Source: Yuukianura sp. NJ FZ-2021 (taxonomy: Eukaryota). Taken from it: a DNA stretch of 64,000 nucleotides. Shown here piece after piece: positions 49,264 to 59,375 of the stretch. Numbering within the stretch: position 1 is the stretch's first letter; every line of letters starts with the position of its first letter. The position numbers were made by a program, and so were the translations under genes. The notes under the pieces are model-generated. The model was not told the DNA's origin. It saw nothing but the letters and a program-made list of their open reading frames with translations, and did not search any database. The stretch spans positions 7,006,001 through 7,070,000 of the forward strand of contig CM102289.1 in assembly GCA_046563655.1 (NCBI GenBank). The letters run 5' to 3'.

Positions 49264-51096
49264 TTAAAGATATAGAACAACGTCTTTGGTATTTTGTGTC
49301 TGCTTGATAGCATTTGTCATCAATTCTAGTCTTCTATCTTCCTTGTCAGCCTCTGGTCCATCACTCCTTGGCCCACCCCAGCTTCGAACGTTCCAAGTGA
49401 AAGCAGAGTAGAAAACAGTAATTAAGGTAAACGCTGGCATAAATAACATTAAAACGATGTAGTAGAACGCCAGTTTCTTTCTGTGGGTTAACAAGCAGAA
49501 TACAGCGAAAATCAAATATTTCAACAGGACCATCAGGGGAAACAGAAACAGAATCCAGTTAGCAGCCATGTCACTCCAGTTGTCCAGTGTTAGCAGTGAC
49601 AGTAGAATGACCCACGACACCCAATCTAAACTCCTAGCTTCATAAATGAACATTTTGTAAATCTGTAGCAGCGGTAATCGCTTCCAAATGATTGGACTTG
49701 TCAATTGATACGTTTCACACGCCATGGCTCCAAGCATCCATCGACGTCGCTGTTTCATTAGAGTCATGAAAGTATCAGGAGCATCCGTTTTGGAAACAGC
49801 ATTCGGAACAAATACAACTTGGTAAGCACTTGTTCCACTTTTAATCAACAAGTATGTCAAGTATCGATCTTCTCCAAAAGCTTCTCGATGATACTGAAAA
49901 GACGTTTTGAGGTCCTCGTGTTGTCTACGGTAAAAGTAAGTGTCAGCAACGCCCTCTAGTGACTCCATTTTCACAAAAGTCATTGCCCCAGGCAGGCATG
50001 TCACCGCCCCCAGTCCAGCTTCTCCCGCCCGCATGAAAACTTGACTTTCAACGTATTCAGCATTTTGAAGATACTGGTATATATTAACTTTATACTGAGT
50101 ACTGCAAGTGAGTAGGCCAGTAGCTGCCATGAAATTTGGATTTGAGTGAGCATAGGCCACAAAGTTATGCAAAGCATTTTTATGTAAAATGATATCCGAG
50201 TCGATGCTGAGAATGTAAGTAGAATCCTTAATTTTTGAGTAGAGATTTTGAACTAGTCGAAATCCGTGACCTTGAGCAGCATTTTTCCCGCCGTGTGGGA
50301 ACCTCGCAATAGTTATCGTCATACCGTTGATATTTACGTCAATCCGTGTCGGAAACAGTGGATCGGTATCAGATTCGTTATTGTTGTTTAGTTTCGATTC
50401 ACCAATTGCCGCTACTTTTTGTTCCGTCAATACTCCAAGTTTGGCTAGTACTTGGAAGTATAGTTCAGTTTCTTCTGCGTCGTCAAATGACAAAAAAAGA
50501 TGCTTCTTTTCTGCCGGGTAGTCGACGGTAATCATGCTGTCAATTGCCCGAAATAAAACTGGAGGCGTTTCGTTATAAATTGGCATCAAAATGGCTATCA
50601 TTGGCTCTTCTCCGGATGGCGGGAACGGACGAGTAGATTTTTTTGCCTTGATACCATATTTGAAAAAGTAGACAAAAGCAAAGATGATTCCAGTAGAGTA
50701 TACGATGAATGTTGTCAGAGAGGAAACATAAGTGACCATCCAGTGAACCCAGGATTGACCCATGCCTTCCCAGACTTGAAATAAAATCGGTCCAAGTATA
50801 ATCATAAGCATGTTGAGTCGGACGTAGATGAAGAAAGCAATGATCAGTGCTGCAAAGGCTCTTCTAGAATTCTTCATTGGTTGAAAAAGGCTTGAAAAAA
50901 ATTCAAATAGGATTACGCATGACTGGAGTAGAAAGTCCACCAATCCAACTGACAGAAAAAACCACGTGAGAACGTTAAGGATAATGTTGAGCCAAGGAAT
51001 CTCTGAATACGAAAAAAATAAAGATGAACTTTCACTTTCTTTTCCCTCCGTAGAGGAAATTGAGCGTTTTGCTAAATCGTTCAAGGTTGTAGCCAT
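49264..51096 (-). CDS. Intronless GT2 processive glycosyltransferase, fungal class VI-like chitin synthase (about 610 aa)
   Basis: MPIYNE, SFDD, HGGK, IDSD, QNAEY, VTCLPG, GEDRYLT, QRRRW and SWGGPR, with N- and C-terminal transmembrane segments. Confidence 0.9.
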   Translation of the reverse strand: MATTLNDLAKRSISSTEGKESESSSLFFSYSEIPWLNIILNVLTWFFLSVGLVDFLLQSCVILFEFFSSLFQPMKNSRRAFAALIIAFFIYVRLNMLMIILGPILFQVWEGMGQSWVHWMVTYVSSLTTFIVYSTGIIFAFVYFFKYGIKAKKSTRPFPPSGEEPMIAILMPIYNETPPVLFRAIDSMITVDYPAEKKHLFLSFDDAEETELYFQVLAKLGVLTEQKVAAIGESKLNNNNESDTDPLFPTRIDVNINGMTITIARFPHGGKNAAQGHGFRLVQNLYSKIKDSTYILSIDSDIILHKNALHNFVAYAHSNPNFMAATGLLTCSTQYKVNIYQYLQNAEYVESQVFMRAGEAGLGAVTCLPGAMTFVKMESLEGVADTYFYRRQHEDLKTSFQYHREAFGEDRYLTYLLIKSGTSAYQVVFVPNAVSKTDAPDTFMTLMKQRRRWMLGAMACETYQLTSPIIWKRLPLLQIYKMFIYEARSLDWVSWVILLSLLTLDNWSDMAANWILFLFPLMVLLKYLIFAVFCLLTHRKKLAFYYIVLMLFMPAFTLITVFYSAFTWNVRSWGGPRSDGPEADKEDRRLELMTNAIKQTQNTKDVVLYL

Positions 51097-51726
51097 TTTC
51101 CTGCTGCTAAGTTGATTCAACCAATCAGACAAGGACAACGCAAAAAAAATATTGTTTTTTCTTTATTTGATTCTTGCGTTCAGTGTACCATTGTTTTTAT
51201 ACCAAATTTTGTTTCTAAATTGTATAAGTTTGTCTGATTTGATTATAAACCTTTAACAAAGTAAATTGTTTTTGTTATCATCATGGTTTTTACTACGTAT
51301 GTATGACGTGTAATAGCACACAAAACTTTTCAATAAACACAACTATCGCAAATGTGAGGGTACACCTAATTTTTACAGGAAAATGCCACTTGACCATGGG
51401 CATTGACGCAGCTTCAATTGTTCAACGCAAACCCGGACGTATTTGAACGTCATTTTTATCTAACATAGCGTCATTACATTTTGCACTGGGGATTAAATCG
51501 CCGTTACCTTTGAAATTTTGCGCATTTTGAAATACGATTTGAAAATTTTTCATATAGTAAAGAAAAAACGGAACTACGCTTGAACTATTTTAATCCTGGC
51601 GATATGCGAAGTAAAGTTTTGGATTGGATTGGTTTAAATGAAAAAAGAAAGTAATACAATTTTTTTTTGTTTTTATAAAAGAACATTAAAAGTGAAGTTA
51701 AAATTTGGAATTGGAGTAATTTGTCT

Positions 51727-53684
51727 TCATAAGAATTCAATTCCTTGGTACTTTTGATCTGCAAACTTGACTTCCTCAAGGAGGATGTTCCCCTTGAGGT
51801 CAAAAGCCATGATGTAAGATTCGTCACCACTGTTAGCTTTTTTCACTTTCAATGCAAGAATCATTTGATCTTGAGTTCCAGGAATAAATTTCATTCCAGA
51901 AAATCCTCTGTCTGGAACCAAGTCTCCAATGTAGCCGACTTGAATGTCTTCAAAATGCTCATCTGCAATTAAAATGGCATTGGAGCCCTTCTGCGCGTCA
52001 CTTTCCTCTGTATAAGCCTCTTTGCTGATTCGTTTTGGAATGAACATCCACCTCTGGAGGTCATCACTCCACTGAACTGCTTCATGCGTTACATATCCTG
52101 AAAAAATGGTAAAAATTTAAAAAAAAAAATCAAAATTCACCATGTTATATTTTAAATTTTGCATTTTTTTCATACCCGGCTCATCAATTTCGAGTTGGTC
52201 AGCCACTCTTTCATAGTTCTTTGCCCAGTCGATTGTCGTAATTTCACCACTGGGAGAAACTCGTTTCACAAATTTCTGATTTTTGTTGTCTATGATTTCA
52301 CCATTTTCGTCAACTTTATTAATTCCTTGTCCACCAATCCAAAGATCTCCATCTTTAAGTGAAGCCCATTCACATTTGAATCCATTTGGTTCCGTTCCGT
52401 TTCCATTGGCCAATAGACGCCACGGAATTGGTGTAATAGGTTCCGTTTGGTTTCCGTCCAAAGGAATTTCATATACAATTCCAGTACTGTCATCACAACT
52501 GTAAACTTTTTCGGCAAAGACGTTCAGTGTAGATAGTTCCATTCCACGGCCACCATAACTGAAACTGCCTTTGATTTGCCTTGTTCCAGCTTCGTTCCAT
52601 TCAATTGTAACCTTTTAAAAAAACACAAGTTTAGTATCGTATTTTAGATTTTTTTTTTTTGCAAATTTAAGTGTAATAAGCCCTGCTACGTTGGATTCGC
52701 TTGGGTCGTCAGCATTTTGCGTGAGTAGAAGGTTGCCTTCCCTTAGAATTGACTGGAATTCGTCAGGTTTGCCTTCCGTGCCGTCAATTTTCGAGCCAAA
52801 GTCCATGTCAGCAACGAGACCAATTTTGAATTTGAGTACTGGCGGGGTAAGGGGATAACGCTTGTTGTATTTCTCGTTAGGATCATTTTCTGGAAGGGCA
52901 TTGGGAACTTCTTTAGGACGAGTGAAGAGTTCTGGAGCCGGTTGAACGGAGTTCAAATTGGACGGACTGGATGGATCAAGCAATCTGCCTTGCCGACCAG
53001 GTTTCTGTTGCTGTTGAGGTGGATACGGAGACTGTTGAGGCGGTGCTGCATATGGTTCTAGAAAAAAAATAAAAATTAAAAACGTAGCATGAATTAATTT
53101 GTTTGGTTAATACGTTGCTGGTAAGGATTCGGTTGCTGCTGATAAGGTTGCTGAGGTGGATACTGTTGTTGTTGCTGTTGCGGATACTGCGGTTGCTGAG
53201 GTGGATACTGTTGTTGCTGTTGGGGATACTGAGGTTGCTGAGGTGGATACTGTTGTTGTTGTTGGGGATATTGTGGTTGCTGAGATGGATACTGTTGCTG
53301 TTGCTGCTGCTGAGGATACTGAGGTTGCTGAGGCTGGTTCTGTTGCTGTTGTGGATATTGTTGTTGTTGAGGTTGGTACGGAGGTGGAGCTGGTGGTTGC
53401 TGCTGAAATTGCTGCGGAAGCTGAGGTTGTTGTGGTTGCTGATTTCCACCTTGGGTACGTTGTTGCCTTTGATTAGTTTTAGGTTTGAGATGATCAGGAT
53501 ACGGATGAGGTCCTGGATCAGCTAAAAATGAAAAAAAAAAATGGAATTCATAAGCATGCTATATTTTTTTTCTGTTTTTTTTTTATAGAATTTAATTCCA
53601 GGTTGAAACTAGTTTTTAGAAGTTGTACAAACCTGATGCAACCGCCAGTAATCCCAACACCGAAAAAATTACAAATTTTTTCAT
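51727..53684 (-). CDS. CANT1/Cimex-type apyrase paralogue A with Gln/Pro/Tyr-rich N-terminus
   Basis: Signal peptide MKKFVIFSVLGLLAVASA and YPPQQPQYPQQQQQ repeats. Domain motifs IGLVADMD, GRGMELS, CDDSTG, FKCEW, THEAVQWS, KFIPG and KYQGIEFL*. Confidence 0.88.
53140..53320 (-). repeat. Coding tandem repeat, about 42-nt unit (YPPQQPQYPQQQQQ)
   Basis: Repeated GGTTGCTGAGGTGGATACTGTTGTTG blocks on the + strand. Confidence 0.85.
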
Positions 53685-54751
53685 TTTGTTGAAACTGTAC
53701 TAAAAATTTGGACGCATCTACTACTACCTCGTTTCAACTACAACTAATTAGATTCAAATCTTTGCAGACTGGATTTATACATGAACCAGGATATGATTCT
53801 TATTCTACCCAAAGTTTCTAAGATTACCTCATTACCACTACTGGAGACACATGAGGGTCTCCAGCTTACAACATTTCGCATCTTCTAGGTCAAATATTAG
53901 CATCATCACCAAACCTCCCACCTCCAAGCCATTACTTGTTTACTTTGATTGCTGTCTCCGTGATTAAAAGTAGCATCTTCTTGAAATTCCAATTTACCAC
54001 TGGACCTTGTTGACCTTCAGACTTTAGGAGCATCACGTCCGAAGTGTTGTCCTTGTTTTCTGGATCCATTAAAATATTTTTCGTTCTGGAGCTGAACATT
54101 GGCTACCTTCGTTGATTTTAAATTACTGAACATGGTATCTCATGTAGGACGACCATAACTCGTGAATTTAGTTTTTTATGTTACCTTAATCTCTATCACA
54201 TTTTGAAAACTTTAAATTTTATTTTTTATTTACAAACAATTTGAGTAACAGTAGCGAAGATGGGACATTTTATTCAGTAGTTCTATGGGAGTGCCACTCT
54301 TGCCTCAAAAACATTGTGAAGGCAAAAAATTAAATTGAGTTGTATTTTTCATTAAAGAAACCTAAAATTTACAATTCAGGAAATGTAAATATGGAAAGAA
54401 AAGTTATATAACTTCCAATTTTACTCAATTACTTTATAGTACCACGCCATCACCAGATAGTCCGTGCGACACACACGCACAAACAGGTTAATTTGTATTT
54501 CGTCAAAGACAAAAATTATTGTTCCTGAAAAATGTATTTTTATTTGTTTTTTTTTAAGACTTTTTTTTTTAATTTTTTTTAGAACTGGTAAGTAGTTAAG
54601 AAGAGAAGGTGTAAGAAAATATATTTTGTAATACTAAACATTTATAACAAGATATATGCTTCAAAATGAAATTTTTGACACCTAATTCCAGTATGTTCAG
54701 TTTTAGAAAATAGGAAAAGTGCACAAAATTATGAAATTGTAGTTCAGTGTT

Positions 54752-57700
54752 TTACAGGAATTCAATATCACTAAAAGCACCTTCAGCTACCTTCGTCTCA
54801 GGCATGATTTCATATCCCGTTTCATCATACACTACAAGCGAACTGAATTCCTTTCCCTCAGCATCTTTCCCCGTTTTGAGAGCCAATAGAAACTTGTCAT
54901 TCGTGTCAGGAATATACCGAAGACCCACAACTCCCGCCATTTCCGTCAATTTTCCAAATTCAACTATATCAACATTATGAAATGGATCATCCGACACTGC
55001 CCCACGGTTGGTCGACAGCGATCCCCACGTCGCCTTGTCTTTGGCCTCCTTCGTGACACGGCGTGGAATGAATGTCCACTTATGTGTTACATCACTGAAT
55101 ACAGCTGCCTCATGTATCACATGCCCTGAAACATACACATTTTTAGAAAATTAGATTTGTACATGCATAAAACATTGAGAAATGAAGAAAAACATAGTAG
55201 ACAAATCACCTTTCTTCAAATTGACCTCGTATTTCTCTGCAATGGATTGGTAGTGTTTTGAAAAATCGACGGACTCGACTTCACCATTGATGTTAACTTG
55301 TTTGACAAATTGACGCTCTTTTCCAGCAGCAGACTTGTTGCTGGTTTGCCGTCGACGTCTTCCATTTGGATCTTTTGGTTTGCTATCTACTTCTTGTTCT
55401 TCAGGTTGTTTCTCCTCGGGTTTTGCATCTTCTTTCTTTTCCTCTGGTTTTGCATCTTCTTTCTTTTCCTCTGGTTTTGGTTCTTCAGATTTTGGTTCGT
55501 CTTTCTTTTGCTCTTGTGGTTTTTTATCATCCGGCTTTTGCTCTTCTGGTTTTTTGTCATCAGTATTTTGCTCTTCTGGTTTTTCATTCGTATTTTGGTC
55601 TTCTGGTTTTTGATCTTCATCTTTGTTTTCTTCAGGTTGTTGAAGTTGTTCGGGCTGAGGCTGATCAGATTCTGCGCTTTCATCTTGATCCGTGTCATCT
55701 CTTGGTTCACCTCCTTGACCTTTCTCTTTATCTTTCACAATTGAGCCGGTACTTCCCAGCCAAAGCATTCCATCCCGAACAATACCCCACTCACATTTGA
55801 ACGCTTAAAAAATTAAAAATAATCATTATTTTCTTTTTTCTTGATTATTTTTGAAATAAATAGTATGTTAAATTATTAGCGTTCTATTACGCCTGTTGCT
55901 GTTCTCGTTAGACAGAACCACCCATGGTCGTGCTAAGTACATAAACTTGTTTCCTGGTTCGCCGGTTTCCTTTGGATTCGTCTGTGGTTGGTCAATTTGG
56001 TCAACGTTTTGACCCGGTGGCGCAGATGAAACTCCTTCATCCTTTTCAACCTTCTTGAGTTCATATACAATCCCTGTTTTGCTGTCGCACGAATAAACTT
56101 TTCCATTGAACACGTTTAGCGTACTGAGCTGGAAACCTTTGCCGCCAAAATTAAGTCCTGATTCTAGTTCGTAGCTGTTCACGTCCTTTTCAAATTTGAC
56201 GGTGATCTACAATATTGAAGAACGTCTATGAATAGAATGTTAAATATCAAATACAATGAATTTTTACATTAGGGTGATTCTCATCTGTTTTGTTGTTCAT
56301 AAAGTCCAGACTTCCTTCCCACAACATGGATTTGAATTTTCCGGTTTCTCCATCACGGTTCTGCCCTTTTGCTGTACCGGAAACCATGCCGATTTTAAAT
56401 TTCAATGCGGGTGGAGTCAAGGGTTCCCTCGGATCGTGCTGAGGAGTTTCAGGCTGCTGTGGCTCTGTACAACAAATAAAATCAAACAAGGTTAATGGCA
56501 TTCGCTATTTTATTAGAACTAGTTACTAGTAATAAATTGCTTAAAAATTGAATAATTCAATTTTTAATTAATTATTACCTGATGGTGGTTGGTAGGATTG
56601 TGGCGGGCTTGGTGGGTCAAGACTGCGTTGATAGTCTCTCCTTCGCGGATCTTGAGGTGGTACATACTGCGGAGGTTCTTGACTTGGCGGTGGCATGTAA
56701 TGTTGAGGTGGTGGCATGTATTGTTGAGGTGGTGGCATATATTGTTGAGGTGGTGGCATATATTGTTGAGGTGGTGGCATATACTGTTGAGGGGGTGGGG
56801 GTGGATTTTGTGGGTAGTTTGGCTGCTGGCGACTGTCTTGGGTGGGAAAATTCTGTGCCTGAGAAATAGGTTGCTGTGGAAAATTTTGTTGAGGTGGGCC
56901 TTGTCCTGGGAAATTTTGCGGCTGTTGGTTTTGTTGCTGTGGAAAACTCGGTTGTGGCTCTTGTTGCACTGGGAAGTTTTGTGGTTGCTGGTTTGGTTCC
57001 TGCGGATAATTTTCCTGTGGCTCTTGCTGCACGGGGAGACTTTGCTGAGGTCTTTGCTGGCCTGGTGGCTTCTGGCTAGGTTGCTGATTGTTTTGTTGTG
57101 GGTCTTCTTGTACGGGAATATTTTGCGGCTGTTGATTTAATTGCGTTGGAGTGTTGAATTCCTGTGGATAATCCTGCCCCTGCTGCATTAGAGTTGGCTG
57201 CTCTGGGCATGGTTGCCCTAGATTCTGTTGAGCTGGCTGTTGTTGTTGAGGAGCAGGTTGCTGAGGGAAGTTCTGCTGTTGTGGGCCTTGCTGTTGTGGG
57301 CCTTGCTGTTGCGGATCTTGTTGTTGCGGGCTTTGCTGTTGTGGGCCTTGCTGTTGTGGACCTTGCTGTTGTGGGCCTTGCTGTTGCGGATCTTGTTGTT
57401 GCGGGCTTTGCTGTTGTGGGCCTTGCTGTTGTGGACCTTGCTGTTGTGGACCTTGCTGTTGCGGGCCTTGTGGTTGTGGACCTTGCTGTTGTGGGCGTTG
57501 CTGTTGTTGGCCTTGCTGTTGTGGACCTTGCTGTTGCGGATCTTGATCGTTACTTAAGGTTTGGTCTATAAAATAATTATGCTTGGGTTCAGGTTGTTGC
57601 GGAAATTTCTGCCACTGGGATTTAGGCGCTTTTTGATCGAAATTCTGCGGGACTTCGCCCTGTTTCTGGGGGCCGGCTTGCTGTGGAAAATTTGGTTGCT

Positions 57701-58496
57701 GTTGCGGGTCTTGTTCGGGAAAACTCTTTGGCTGACGACCTTGTGAAGGCCCTCCTTCCGGATTTTGATCTTGCTGTGGATCGCGTTTAGGAAAAGTTTG
57801 TGGTTGACGGTTTTGTTGCTGCGGACTGGGCCGCTGAGGATAACTTTGTGGTTGACGTGCTTGTGACTGAGGTATTGGTTGCTGGGGAAAGCCTTGTTGT
57901 CCTTTTGTATTAGCTGGCTGCAGTTGTTGCTGGTATTGATCTTGGGGTAGCTGCTGCGGATCTGAATTCTGTAGATCCTGTGGTTGAGGTGAGAAGTCCT
58001 GTTGAGGAGGGAATTGCTGGTTTGGGCTACGCTGCTGCTGAAAATCTTGCCGTTGTTGGTTTGGTTGTTGACGATTATCCTGGGGAAAATTCTGCTGTTG
58101 TGGTTCAGACTGCTGTGGGATGTACTGTGGTTGTTGCCATTGTGGTTGTGGGGAGTTGTGTGGCTGCCTGCTTTGTTGGGGTTGAGGAAAATTCTGTTGA
58201 CTGAATGGCTGTTGATTCTGTTGTGGATTTTGTTGAAGTGCGTTGTTAAATGGTTGTTGATTTTGTTGCGGATTGTTGAACGGTTGCTGATTTTGTTGCT
58301 GTGGATTGTTCCAGGGCTGTTGATTTTGTTGGTAGGGGTTGGTTAACTGCTGTGGCGGATACTGGTTGGTTAACTGTAGTTGCGCAAGCGCAAATCCAAC
58401 TGAAACCAAATTTCAGCTTAAACAAATTCTGAATAAAAAAAATATGACCAATTTTTAAAATTTACCTGATAGGAACATGAGCGGAAGGAATGCCAT
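54752..58496 (-). CDS. CANT1/apyrase paralogue B with a Gln/Pro-rich N-terminus of about 600 aa and an acidic insert
   Basis: Signal peptide MAFLPLMFLSVGFALA, then a long Q/P exon (56578-58404). Domain motifs GKGFQLSTL, FKCEW, IHEAAVFS, FIPRR and FSDIEFL*. Confidence 0.85.
56690..56790 (-). repeat. Coding 21-nt tandem repeat (PPPQQYM)
   Basis: Four to five copies of GGTGGCATRTATTGTTGAGGT. Confidence 0.9.
57274..57543 (-). repeat. Coding 15-nt tandem repeat, (G/S/D)PQQQ about 18 times
   Basis: Array of TTGCTGTTGTGGRCC units with higher-order duplication of the SPQQQ-DPQQQ-GPQQQ block. Confidence 0.92.
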
Positions 58497-59375
58497 CTTC
58501 CCCATGTCTCCTTGCATGGGATATTTTTTTGCGCTGCTTCTTGGTTACAACCTGCTTGCTGCCGAGTGAAATTCAAACTGCATATTTTTTACATTCTACT
58601 CTCCAGCGAGAAGCGTCGAAATTCTATTTCTTTGTTCTGGTAACTAAAAAAAAATTACACAATTCTGGAAGTTGCAAATTCTGTCGTTGATGAGGTTTGG
58701 CATACATTTGGAAAACTTTTTGTGAAGCTCTTATGTAAATCCAAACTTGTTTTCACATGAAGCCAATTTGCGAATTTTTAAATTTATGACGGACATTGCA
58801 GAATCCAAATTGACTAAACTACACAATAAATCTGCTTCGCACTTGCAAGGACTTCAACTTTGACCATAAGCCACTCAAGTACACGAGCAATCGTTTTTTT
58901 TTATCAAACTTTTTTTAAACCTGGAAATACGGAAAGCATTTGGAGATGACGGGAGGGAGCGTCAAAGTTAATTAAAAGTAGATTCAAGGTAACTAATTTA
59001 GCAAACCAGTAAACAAGGATCATCTTCATCTTCCCACACCACCACTGGACAATTTTTTTTCGAAAAAATTTGCGTAAAACCCATTTCTGAAATCAGGTTC
59101 TGGACATGGTGAGATTATAAAACAAGAATTTTTAAGAATAATGATGAAGAATAATGACGCTTATGTCATGGATTAATTGTTTTCGTCAATTTCAAATTCC
59201 TATACTGTCATCACCCGGATACAATTCTTCAAGGATTTTAAATTAAATTGTAGATTTAAAAAATTATCTCAGTAAACACAAAAAAAAACTTAGATTTTTA
59301 CAGATTTTTGTCTTTGTTCATTTTTTTCTCGCATGATATGTAGCAGTACACAAATAATTTTAAAGTTCAAAATTA

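Noticed and set aside
53830..54160. Short minus-strand ORF (about 55 aa) and an 8-bp hairpin between apyrases A and B
   Set aside because: No homology cue or splice support; compatible with chance.
53103..58346. Leu/Val-rich ORFs on the + strand that look like membrane proteins
   Set aside because: Antisense translations of the CAA/CAG-rich Gln-Pro repeats.
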